Shown here piece after piece: positions 26,601 through 38,500 of a DNA stretch of 64,000 nucleotides. Under the pieces are notes generated by a model. The model saw only the letters and a list, made by a program, of their open reading frames with translations. It was not told the DNA's origin and did no database searches. The DNA comes from a virus. Each line of letters begins with the position of its first letter. Within the stretch, counting starts at the first letter, position 1. A program made the position numbers and the translations under genes. The stretch is from positions 44,698 to 108,697 of IMG/VR virus record IMGVR_UViG_3300010157_000040, one strand, 5' to 3'.

Positions 26601-29570
26601 TTAGAAATGGTAGATAGAAATAGACAATGGATGAAAGACCTCTATAAAAAAAGAGGTGGTATGTACGATAAAATGGTTAATGAAGAATTAGATTTAGTTA
26701 CAGATAATGCTTTGTTAAACACACTTGCAAATCAAGGTGTTTATATTAGTATTGAAGCATTTGAAAATTGGAAAAATAATGGAATTCCTCCAACAGAATT
26801 TTTTGATAATACTAAAAAAATAATTATACCAGAAGGATCAAGTGACTATGAAAAGTATTATATGTTATTTGAACAAGCTTCACAATTAAAAGATGAAAAA
26901 AGTACACCAATTAGAAAAACTTTTGATAAAGAATTACAAGAAGAGTTAGATAAACTTGATGTACAAAAAGAAGCAGAATTAGCTAATGTTCCTGTAATTG
27001 AAGTTAGAGAAGATATTAAAACTATTAAAAATGAAAATGGTCAAAATTTATCTTTTTCAAATATTGATAATGAACTTTTACCTAATCAATTTGCTGATTG
27101 TAAATTCATTCAAGAAAATGATGATAATGTTAGCAGAAACTTAATTATTCGTAAAGATTCAGATGGTACTTTAACAGATGTTAATGTTGATCAAAAAATA
27201 CCAGAGTCATTAGATCAAACAGTAGAACGTTTTGTATCTGCTGATATTTATGAAATGGTTAACAAACCTAACCCAGAACTTGCACAACCTATCATTGATA
27301 GATATGAAGAGGCAAAGAATAAAATAATGCAAGAATATGCATTAAAAGAAGAAACTGCTGCTAAAACAGAAAGTGAATCAAAAGAAGAATTTGTACCGAT
27401 TACAACTGATATTGATATAGAATCAATGCCTGCTTCATTATATAATAACTTATATAAACTATTCCAAGAAAAACAACTTAAGAAATTAAGTGATGAGGAA
27501 TTTACTAATATGAGTGAAGATGAAGAAAGAAACTTATTTATTAAGTTTATTCAAGGTAATGTTGAAGCTAAACAAATGATTGATGAGTATAATAAAGAAG
27601 CACAAGTTAATCAAGCAACTAAGGAAACTGGAGAAAAAGAAAACTTTCAGTTTATATATCAAGGTAAAACTTTTGATACTGAAAATATAAAAACTTTAGT
27701 AGAATTAAGAACTTTCCAAAGAAGGTTTAAAGCATTACTTAAAACTTTAGAAGATAAGAAAAATCCAACAGCTGATGATTTAGTTTTAAAAAGTAACTAC
27801 ATGGTTTTAATAAAAGACTTTGATAAGTTAATTAATACTAGAGCTAAACAAGGTAGAACTCCTGAAATGCAAACTGCTATTGATTTAATTGAAAAGTTAA
27901 GATCAATGCAAGATGGTATTGAACAATCTACAGAAGGATATAAAATTAATGATATTTTACATGAAAGAGTTAGTAATGTAATATCAAAATTAAAATCAAC
28001 TCCTTATGGATATAAAGATCAATCGGGAATAAATATTGCATTTGGATTAACTATTGGTTCAAATGGATTTAATCAAACTAGTATAGATGCATTTATTAGT
28101 GAGTTAAGAAAAAGAGGATTATCCGGATTTAGTAATTTTACATATAATGAACTTACTAAAGATCTAACAAATCTATTAGATAATATAAATACATTAGAAG
28201 ATACTAGTAATAAAAATTTACTTAAAATTATCAGTGGTTATGTTTCTGAAAAAACATATGAAGAATCTAGAATTTCTGGTAACTACTTAGATGCACAAGT
28301 TAAAAATCTATTTGATGGTAAAGAACCTGTATTTAATGAAGATAACATAACTAGAGAAGCATTTGATAACTTGTTTGGTCCTAAAGGAGTATTATCAGAA
28401 TTAAAAACAAAAGTAGATAACGGTGAATTATATGTAGTTTCTCAAGGTATTAGAGTATATGATACTGAATTAAAAATTGCAGGTGAGATAGATTTACTTG
28501 TAGCGGATACTAAAGGTAACATTACTATTGTGGATCTTAAGTCCGGAGAAAAAAATAAATGGGATGGTTTTAAAGATCCTAATAATAAATTTTCTAAGGA
28601 AGAAGATTACCAATTACAACAAACTGCATATGCTAACTTATTAAATAGAATGTTAGGTATCAATGCAGCAATTGCAATCTTACCAATACAAATGGTTAGA
28701 GAAGCAGAAACAGGTAGAATAATGTCAGCAGGAAAACCTACTGCAAAAAATTTACTTACATCTGATACATTGATTTCATTAAATAAAGCGCCAGTTGCAG
28801 AAAGAATTAATTCTATTATTCCATTAAGAGAAACTAAAGAAGAAGTAATTATAACTCCATCACAAGTTGTTCCGGAAGATAATGAATCATCAGAAGATGA
28901 AGAAACAATAGTACCAGAAGATACTACAGGTAAAGAAGGATTTATTAATGATGCTGATAGAGTAACAGTAAAAGATATACAGAATCAACTTGACAAAGCA
29001 AACACAATAGATGATGTTAAACAAATCATTGCTGATTTAAATAGTAGTGTAAGTCAAGGTTTTGTTACTGCAGATGATGTAGTTCCAATTACAGAAGCAA
29101 TTAAAACTAAAGTATCACAATTAGCTACTCCACAAGAAGTTATTCTTAAGGCAGAAAATTTAGAAAAAGGTACAGAACTTATTGCTAAAAATAATATTAA
29201 TGGTAAAGATTCTCGTATATTTGCTAATACATCAGATGCAGTTATGCAGAATGACATTATAGTAGTAGACTCTATAGATACTAAGTATAAAGTAGTTACT
29301 GCAAGTGTACTAGGTAAATCAATTACATTGCGTATACCATTTAATGAATTGAATGATAACTTTAGTTTAAAAGAAGTAATTATGGGCACAACAGAACAAC
29401 CAGTAGAAACATTAACACCAGAGGATAAATCTTTAATAAATGAAACTACGGATTTAACATCAAGTTTTATTGAAGATACAAACAGAATTGATGAGATAGA
29501 AAAAAGTGCTTCAACTAAATCTATTACAGAGTTAGATGATGATTTGTTGGATGATATAGATTGTAAATAA
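23673..29570 (+). CDS. Giant ejection protein with membrane-channel-like N-terminal region and PD-(D/E)xK nuclease domain
   Basis: G/A-rich hydrophobic helices (TEGIQESLQE, ETFASGFFMGMLA); nuclease HERVS...IAGEIDLL...IVDLKSG...YQLQQTAY (about 27940-28690); ends DCK. Confidence 0.7.
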   Translation: MATTDVDAGFNSLDPLGPEYGKINAPLLDSKGVAPFEGDKIKMPEINFPVTPSFGSSLDMPQHNVRTAIVGSPPNKPGGNKPFDYNAFVKGTKDQLRGQLQTSQDKSSYGKIYSYDAGPDGNAFYKRYQAYGQDTFDKIGFSPLRDNEAVFNSRTTMWDDHKRMMQHSFWPLFGRGFIAGPQSLWKMAQGDFTSTDTEDARAYADAAAIGQTTKGGVMGFTNNMLMNFGYSAGIMSEAIIEEAVGTLVAPETLGGSFFLTTANAAKNTMKAIKGLDIAVDGYKAVNTTLKAVDNINDARNFWKSAANVAKMDFSPIKNTVTALTSLGKTVEKGDQVYNLTNLAKMYKTAGGFYKDVRGFNMALSEARLEAGMVENQIYDNGYNAYYNKFGEAPDNKAQYALLKEAKKGSLDTLYWNTALIYGSNAITFPNIMGPKGGVAGFMKNTIKEFTEVGGGKFGNLGKVVYDQSKKLFAFKKNNLINMVKDYGRQPLYKSVKGTVGYFKSNFTEGIQESLQEVISGANEKYYSDAYDRAVIRSHEYAKGVSRYNVESQGAKSKGEYYKEELKNQKTGQGFETFASGFFMGMLATPLNAAIPHMFVGYNRVFNPKAYQEFKTEKLNITKNVVNNLNAIDMKDFLDSKIFNYATQDAVASIKNTGTKKEAHDADLDGFLSQMNHVNQMGAMGVFRDKLNELKQLTPEEFEDNIPNIPKGEGAKYQAKIDDVVKKTERIEQRYKYYQDKHPNPISNDNLPPKNTPEYEDAVSLYHAWNRGVENAIYFNEAFEDGMKRKVDIQGRFLEQSPLKSMTHRDSEVIFQPKELKKEIGFLKNEIDTLKTLSDPESKQELISKEKKLAAMEKLEKGSSSFSNFFNRYQNTDQIRKMLQEQKGGEEVTDEEVEAVLDNVLGEFSDDNKIKVTSDYESAFKGYLKTTAELNDDYLFDQKVDESFALLMDHHKLDHESKGLMKYINLLHDPGGFLEMVDRNRQWMKDLYKKRGGMYDKMVNEELDLVTDNALLNTLANQGVYISIEAFENWKNNGIPPTEFFDNTKKIIIPEGSSDYEKYYMLFEQASQLKDEKSTPIRKTFDKELQEELDKLDVQKEAELANVPVIEVREDIKTIKNENGQNLSFSNIDNELLPNQFADCKFIQENDDNVSRNLIIRKDSDGTLTDVNVDQKIPESLDQTVERFVSADIYEMVNKPNPELAQPIIDRYEEAKNKIMQEYALKEETAAKTESESKEEFVPITTDIDIESMPASLYNNLYKLFQEKQLKKLSDEEFTNMSEDEERNLFIKFIQGNVEAKQMIDEYNKEAQVNQATKETGEKENFQFIYQGKTFDTENIKTLVELRTFQRRFKALLKTLEDKKNPTADDLVLKSNYMVLIKDFDKLINTRAKQGRTPEMQTAIDLIEKLRSMQDGIEQSTEGYKINDILHERVSNVISKLKSTPYGYKDQSGINIAFGLTIGSNGFNQTSIDAFISELRKRGLSGFSNFTYNELTKDLTNLLDNINTLEDTSNKNLLKIISGYVSEKTYEESRISGNYLDAQVKNLFDGKEPVFNEDNITREAFDNLFGPKGVLSELKTKVDNGELYVVSQGIRVYDTELKIAGEIDLLVADTKGNITIVDLKSGEKNKWDGFKDPNNKFSKEEDYQLQQTAYANLLNRMLGINAAIAILPIQMVREAETGRIMSAGKPTAKNLLTSDTLISLNKAPVAERINSIIPLRETKEEVIITPSQVVPEDNESSEDEETIVPEDTTGKEGFINDADRVTVKDIQNQLDKANTIDDVKQIIADLNSSVSQGFVTADDVVPITEAIKTKVSQLATPQEVILKAENLEKGTELIAKNNINGKDSRIFANTSDAVMQNDIIVVDSIDTKYKVVTASVLGKSITLRIPFNELNDNFSLKEVIMGTTEQPVETLTPEDKSLINETTDLTSSFIEDTNRIDEIEKSASTKSITELDDDLLDDIDCK

Positions 29571-29571
29571 T

Positions 29572-32500
29572 ATGAAAATTACTTGTTCTTTAAAGCAGTC
29601 TCAAATTGAGAAACTGTATGCAAATATTTATGGGCACCTATTAGATAGTCAAAATAAAGGAAAAACTTTTGACTCTAAAGGATACATGATAAACTTATTT
29701 AATAAGATTGCTACAAAAGGTGATGTAGAAACGGCTGCAAAATTTTTACAACAAGTACCTACATTAATTGGTACTGCATCATTTAGACCATCTTTAGAAG
29801 AATTAGGTTTGCCAACAGATATGTTAAGACCTTTAATTAAAAGTTTTAAGAATGAAGATGCGGGTTTATTAAATGTAGTTAGTTATTTTAATCCTACATT
29901 AAATATTAATGTACAACAAGAATTAATTGATCAATCAGAAAAGAATGCATTTGTTGTACCAGAAAATGATTCTGAAACTGTTACTAAAGATCTGTTTGAT
30001 TATTTACCCTATGACTCTTTTTCTACTACATTTCAAGAATTCTTAACTGTAGATCCAGATAAAGCTGCAACAAATGAACAACTTGATGTAAATAGAAAAG
30101 TTATTTATGCAACACTTAAAGAACTTAAAAAAACTATTGGAACTACACCTAATTTAGGTAAACTTGTATATCAAAATGTTACTTTAAAATTAGTACCACA
30201 AAGACTAGATACTGCTGATACAGATGAGTTAGATAAAACAACAAAAAGATTACAAAATAGATCAGAATTTTTAAATAGAAAAGGTGTAGCTCAACCTAAT
30301 GTAACTAAACCAAATGAAATTTTCTTAATGATAATTTCAAATGAAATAGGTGAACCAGTTTATTTTAATGATGAAGGATCAATTACTACAAAAGAAGAAG
30401 GTGGTAAACAAGTTTATCAATTCTTAAGAGATGCAAGAAAAAAAGGTGATAGATATACAGTAACTGATATTTATGGAAAAGATAATCAGATACTTAATGC
30501 AAAAGAACTTGCAACATTAATGGATAAAAATTCAAAAATTAAATTAAGTAAAGAAGAATTTAATAATTTAGTTGCAGAATTAGATAAAAAACAACAAGAA
30601 GAATTTAAACAGTTATATAACTTTAGACAACGTTTGATTAAAGGTGAAATACCATTAATTAATATAACAGATGTAAGTCAAGGTATAAAAGAATATACCA
30701 ATAAAGAAATTACATTAAGTAATATAAGAAGATATCCGTTTGGTACAGATCATGTATTTAAAACAATACAAACTATTAAGACTCCAAGAGGTCAGTTTAA
30801 AAAAGGTGAAGCAACAATTACTATAGAGGGTCAAGAATTTAAAATTGATAGACCAAACTTGACAGATGATTTAATTAAAAAAATTGCAACAGTATTAACT
30901 GATAAAAATTTAAGTAAAGAACTAAGATATAGATTTTATTCACAATTTTTAGCAAATAAAGCATCTCTTGCAACAAGAAAACATACTTTATCTTATACTC
31001 CTGTTACAGATGAATTGATTTTTTCTTATTCAAAAAAAACATTTCAAGAAGGATACGATAGTAAGTTTACTGATGTTATGTTAGATAGTGATACAGCATA
31101 CACAGAAATATATGATGCATTAAAATTAGCTTCAGGTAAAAATGGTAATTACTTTTCTGCTAAAATGACTTATAATAAAGACTTGTTAAACATTAATGGT
31201 TATCAAGATTATAATTTAGATACAAAAGAATTATCAGAAGATTTTATTCCTTATATTCCATTGCTTGAAACTCTTCCTAATACAAAGGTAGATGCTAGTG
31301 TAACTAGTAATCCAAGATTTTTTAATTCATATATGAAGTTTGCACTTCCAAATGAGTTTACACAACAATTAGAAGAAGCACAAAACAGTTCAAATGATGC
31401 AGAAAAAGATGATTTCTTTGAAACTTTATCCGCACCTTCTGATGTAGAAAATTTAATGCCCAGTGAAAAGAAAAAAGTTATTGTTGATACACTTAAGTCT
31501 GATAAGAAAATAGTAGGAACAATTACTAAACCTTTTGGTTCAGATACTAAATGGAAATTTATTACTGCAAAAGGAACAACAATAGATTTTTATTCTCATA
31601 CAAATAATATTACTGATTTAGATACAGTTGCTCAAGCTAATTTAAACTTACTTCCAGAAGTTGACTTTAATGGAAAAGTAATGACAGATGTTGTTGAGGT
31701 TAGAATAGGAGATAAAGTAATTGGTTATGTAAGAGAAACAGATGACTTTGATAAAGTAAATATTGTTGAACCAACAAAGTCTCAAGAAGAAATTGATGCA
31801 GAAATAGAAGAAAAAATTAATCCTAAAAACACAAGTCATCCATCTGAAGATAGTTTATTTTTTACTAGGTCGGGTGATTTAACTAATAATGTAACAGAAT
31901 CTGAAATTAAAGATGCTCATACATGGTGGGCTAAGTCAGATTTAACTAAACATATTGGTTTTAAAGAAGCAGTAAACATAGTTAATTCTGATGCATATGC
32001 AAGATTTATGACTTATGGTGCTAGACTTAACGGTACATTAGGTACTATAGAAATTGCAAATAAAGGTTCTATGGTTGATGTTTATCATGAAGCATGGCAC
32101 GGATTTTCACAATTGTATTTAACTAGAAAACAAAAAACCTCTTTATACAAAGAAGTAAGAAGAAAATTAGGAAGAAATAAAAAATTATCATTCTTTGAAA
32201 TAGAAGAAATAATTGCTGAAGAATTTAGAGAGTATGCAAAAAATCCTAAACCTAAACCTGATTCACCAGTAAGAAATACTATATTTAGAATAATATTAAA
32301 CTTTTTAAGAGAAGTTTTTGGAAAAGGTAGTGTTACAAATGTTAGAGATATTAAAAAAGTTCAAGAATTATTTGATAATTTATATTTAAACAAAAATCTT
32401 AATAAGTATACTCCTACTATTGATAATGTAATGTTTGATTTATTATATAGAAATAGTGGTATTGTTAAACCAGGAACATTAACTGATCAAGTACTAGATA

Positions 32501-35500
32501 GACAAGATTCTAATCTAATTAAAGATAGTATGGATTCAATAATTTCTGATTTGGTTGATTCTGATAATGGTATCAAAGGAAATAAATCAGGAACTTTGGC
32601 TATACTGCTAGATAGTAGAAATAGAGATGAGTTATATAAACTAATTAATATTAATTTAAATAAATCTTTAAGTCATTATAAATCTACATTAGAAAAACTT
32701 GATGATAAAGATGAAAATAAAAATACTAAAGAAGTTTTAGAAAATAGAGTAAGAATACTTCAAGCAGCTGTAGATAATTATGGAAATTCAAAAAGTGGTG
32801 TTATACAATATCATATAGAAAATAGTACATTTGATTTAATTAAACAAAAATATACAACTCTTGAATTAGATGAAGAAGGTAATTTGTTTGATCCAAATAA
32901 TACTGACAATACAGAAAGATATGGTGATACTAAAGTTGGAGAAAAGTCTTTAATTCAGTTAGCTGGAAAAGAAACACTTTATATTCTTAAAAGTTTACAT
33001 GAAGTTGTTGATGGTAAAATAAAGTATAATGAATTAGGTTATAAAAAATTAGCTCCTTTTAGAACTACCTGGAATAATACTGTAAGAGCAATCAGTGGTC
33101 TACAAGATCCACAAGAAATGTATGATAAATTAGTTGAAGAAAGCAAAGTCAGTCCTGAGTTTAAACAGTTGACAGAAAATAAATTAGCTAATCCGTTAAA
33201 TTCTAAAAATCCAAATGAACAAAAAGCAATAACTTCATTTTGGCAAGATTTTAACAAACCAAGAGTTCCATATATTCAGTTTACAATTTTTAAAAAGACA
33301 GATGAAAATCCAAAGGGATCTTCTGAAGTTACTGAAGCATCAATTGAAACTAAAACTGTTATAAATAAATTTCAAAATAAATTTAAAGCAGATATTAATA
33401 GTGTATATATTAAAAGAATAGGTAAAGAAAACATTCCAACACTTGACATATCTGAGATAGTAAAAGATTTTTCTGATGCAAATGGTAATTTAGATATATC
33501 AAAATCCTATGAGTTTGCAAGAGCTATTGGTTTTTATTTAGATGACATAGGTATAATCAAAAATACATTAAAGAAAGATGAATCTACCATACAACAGTTT
33601 GGTTTACCATACATCTTTAATGCTGTTAAAGTACTTAACCGTAAAGATAAACTACCAGTAAAGAGTGCTTTAGTAAGTAAATGGATTAGTAAATTTAAAA
33701 CTAATCCAATTAAAACATTAACAGAGGCTATACCTGTAGGTGTTATTGGTCCTGATATATTTAAACAAAAAAATAAGGTAGAAGCATTAGCAAGACTACA
33801 AGGAAGATATGGTGTTGACTCATCTAATTTTGGTGTATTTAATGCTGAAAGAAACTTAGTATTTGAACACATAGACAATAACAGTATTACTAAGATAGTT
33901 TATGCATTAAACAATGCTGAAAAATTATCAGATCTTTGGGAATCAGATAAATTTAATTATACTAAGTTTTTAGACCCAAAAATAAATAGTTTTACAAATA
34001 GATCTGGTATACTAAGATCATTATTTGACATGAGAGATCCAAAGAAATCTAAATTAAAAGATAGAGATCTTGAATTATTTATGAATTCTGGTACACAAGT
34101 AGAACAATCTGCAGTAGGTTTAAATACTACATCTTTAGATGTTAATAGTAAAATGCTTCAGGAAATGAATACAATGCTTAAAGGTGGTGTTCAAGAATTT
34201 ATGAGACATGCATCTAAGTCATCTTCATTTGGAGCAAGAATTAATGGAGGTATAGTTGGTAAACCTGGTAAACAAGGTAGTGATGAAAGGTTATGGGTAG
34301 ATATAGATATGTTTGCAAAAAATATAGCACATGACTATGCATTTACAGCACATCTTTTACCATACATGGAATCTGAAGCAGAAAGAATATTTAAGTGTAA
34401 TAGTAATCTTGATACATTTAAAAATTATGTAGGTTATAATAGAGAACTTAGTAATGGTAGAATTGCTGGTCAAGAGTTTACTGCATTTGATAATGTATTA
34501 ACTGATAATACTAAAGAACTTATTTATGCTGCAATTAATAAAGCAATAAAAAATAAAGAGTTGTTTAATCTTGGAACTTTTTTAAAAAATAATCCAACTT
34601 TATTATCTACAGTTAAAAAAGAAACTGCCTTTTATTTTGCAGATCAAACTCGTGAAAATTTATATAAGTTAACAACAAGTAATTATATCAGTCCTAGTCT
34701 TAGAGAAAAATTAAATGTGTTTAATATTACTGAAGATGCACAAGATAAAGTTTTAGTTGATGCTTATACATATAATGCATGGATTCATAATTTTGAAACA
34801 GCAAGTTTATTTTATGGTGACATTGTACAATACAATCATGATAAAGAGGAGATGCATAAAAGAAATACTGGAGCAACTTCTGGTGGTAGAACTTTTAGAA
34901 CTGATATATCTGCACAAAACTTTGCAAATGGATATTTAGCTGATACATCATATGCAAAAAAACATAATGCCACTCCTATTAGTTATAATGGTACTTTTAA
35001 TACTGCTATCATAAAAGATATTGAAAGAACTTCTATATACTATCCAGATTTTGAAAAAGCATTAAGAGAAGATTATACTAAAAGATTTTCTAAAGTACTT
35101 GATAAAAGTAAAGTAGCTGCAGCTGTAGAAGATAGAGTTGCAAAAGAAATTAAGAAGTATAAAGATATGGAAGAAGGTGATGGTCAAGGTTGGATCACAT
35201 TTGATGCATATAGATTATTAAAAACAAATGAAAATAGTTGGTCTAATGCACAAGAAGTATTGTTCCAAAAAATAAATAACAATCAACCAATAGAAGCAAC
35301 AGAAATAACTGAAATGTTTCCTGTTTATAAATTGCAAAACTTTGGTCACTTAGCAAATACAGATTTGTTAGCACCAATAAATGCAATGCATAAATTTGCA
35401 CTTATGCCACTTATTCCTAGTATGATAGAAGGTACTGATTTAGAATCTTTACATCAACAAATGATGTCTAAGAACATTCAGTATTTAACATTTCAAACTG

Positions 35501-38500
35501 GTTCTAAAGTAGGTAGTGTAACTTCTAATGGTAAAGCAGATCAAATATATGATGCTAACTCTGACGAAAAGATTTTAAAAACAGATATTAAATTTACTCC
35601 AAATACTATTTATGTTGATTATTTAAAAAATGTAACTGCTGTTCCATCTAAATTTAAAAACAAAACAGTTTTTTCAACACAGTTGAGAAAATTAATTCTT
35701 AGTAATTTATATGAAAATGGTAAAATCATTAATTCTGATAATACAAAAGCAATAAAAGAATATGAAGCTGCAGTAGATCATCATAGTAATTTATTAAAAT
35801 TAGAATTACTTAATGAAATAGGATACGAGCATGATGTAAAGAATAATAAATATTATGGTAATGTAGATAAATTTTTAGATGTGGTTCAAGCTGAACTTGA
35901 AAAAAGAGATTTACCAGAACATTTAATTCAAATGGTTGGTCTTACTAGAGACAAGTCTTTAAGAACAGATTTATCATTACATTTAAAAGCAGATGAGATA
36001 GAAAAAATTCTTGTTGCTTTAGTTGAAAAAAGATTAATTAAACAAAAAGTTAAAGGTGAAGCATTAGTTCAGGTATCCAGTGCAATGACTAATGGTATAT
36101 GGGATCAAAAAACTAAATTTAAAAATGCTACAGTAGCTGATGTTAAAAAATTCATGGGTAGTAATAACTTACCTTTCTATCATCAAGATGCATCTGGTAA
36201 TACATTAGCTATGAAAGTTGCTATTGCTTTACAAGGTGACTTTGTTAACTTACTTAAACTTAATCATTTAGATGGTCAACCTATAGGTACAAGAGCTAGA
36301 TTAAATGATATGATTAAAGAAGACAAGTGGTTAGACTTAAATGATAATAGAAAGTCTGTTACTTTATCTGCTGTAAGAATACCAGTACAAGGATTAAACT
36401 CTATGGAGTTTATGGAAGTATATGAATTTTTAGATCCAGCTGCAGGAAATATTATTATTCCTCCATCTGAAATTGTTGCTAAATCAGGAGCTGACTTTGA
36501 TGTTGATAAGTTAACTACATTTATGCCACACATAGATTACAAAGGTAATTATGTGAAAGGTCAATTAAGTAATGAGGAGTTACTTAAAAAAGTTAATAAA
36601 CTTAATGAAACTCCAGAAGGTAAAAAACTTGCAACTAATTTAATTAAGTCTCAAAAATCCGCATCTGAAAATAATTTAATAGCAACAATCAGAGGTATAC
36701 TTGAACTAAAAGATAATTTTGCTAGTTTAATTAGACCAAATGATACATATTTATTAAAAGAAATAGCCGATGAGTTACAAGATCATGTAACAGATTACAA
36801 TAGATTTGGAAATGTACATAATGAAAATAGAACAGGACTTAAAAATCAAAAAGTTATTAGTCCTACTAGAGTATTAGAAGCAGGTTATAATTTACATAAA
36901 CATGAAGCCAACATGGTTGGTAAGAGAGTGTTAGGTATTATTGCTGTAGAAAATGCATTACATCCTATCTTTAATGCTATTGGTGCAGCAATGCCTAAAA
37001 CATATAAAGAGTCAAGTTATGTAGGTAACAAGTATATTGATGGTAAAATTGACTATGATACTAGAATACTACTACCTACAAATATGACAAAGGATGGTAG
37101 AATTTCATTGTCTGGAACTGAAACTTCTGATGGTATGGATAACATAGGAGAATTATTTTCTCAAATGTTAAATGGTGCTGTGGATGTTGAAAAAGATGCA
37201 TGGATATTCTTTATTCAAGGTAACTATGAATTAATTCCAATGCTTACATTTTTGTTTAAAGCAGGTGTACCTAAAGAACAAGCAATTATGTTTGTATCAC
37301 AACCACTTGTTAGAGAATATGCAAAACAACAAAGAGAAGTAAAGAGTGCATATGCTACACTTACTGGTGTTGTACCTGAAGATTATAATCCAATGTTTGC
37401 TAAATATACAGCAGCACAAAATACATTAGAAGGTAAGAATCTTAACAGTGTAATTAATAAAGCTACTGCATTAAAAGTTAAAGATGTTTTAAGTTTACAA
37501 GGTGATACAGAAATAAAGTTTGCAGAAAATAAAGTATATAAAACTAAAAAAGCAAGTACTATACTAAAAGAAATTAAAGATGGTACTATAGATCCAACAA
37601 AAATTACCTATATGGTAAATAATGAAACTGGTGAAAAAATATTCAAACCAATTGGAAAACATCCTGTATCTAATGCAAACTTTTATTATACAGCTAAAGC
37701 AGCAACAGAAAATAAAAAAGAATTTTCATTAGAAGAATTAAAGCAAAATGTAGTTGATAATGATAGTACTTCACCACAAGCAATTGCAGCTTTCTTACAT
37801 TTATTAGAAATTGAAAAGTCATCAAAAGGATTCAGTGTATTAAAAATGCAAGCAAATCCGGATACTAAAACATCTAAGACAATTCAAGAAATAATTAAAA
37901 GAAACTTATCACTTGAAGATATTAAAGAATTATCAAAATTAGAACCAGGATTAGTAGACAAATTACAAAAGTCAATACTAGGTACTTTCTTTGATAACAA
38001 ACTAATTAAAGATTTAGTAGTACCAGTATTCCAATTAAGAAATAATGATGTTGTTACTTCAACTATTTTAAAATTACTAGATAAAAACTCAAATTCAATA
38101 GCAGAAAAGTTTGGTAAAGGTCAAGATGGTGCTAGTCAGTTTATTACACAGTTTAAAAATGCAATTCCTAATTACATTTATCAAAACTATATGTCTCACT
38201 TTATTGATAAAGCAGGTAATTTAACTGATACTCCAACTGAATTTAATGAACTTACCGTAAAAAATGTAGCGGGAACTACTAATGGAGCAAAAGTAGTAGG
38301 TAATAATATATATGTAGATACGGAAAGACTAAGAAATGAATTTGAAAATAAACTGTACACAAGAGAAAGTACACTTGAAGGTAACTATAAAGAATCTGGA
38401 TTAAGAGGATTTAAACTTCAAGATGATATGTTCCCTAACTTATCTTCTTATGTAAGATATGTATATGAAAGAGAATATCAAAGACATTTATATCCAATTG

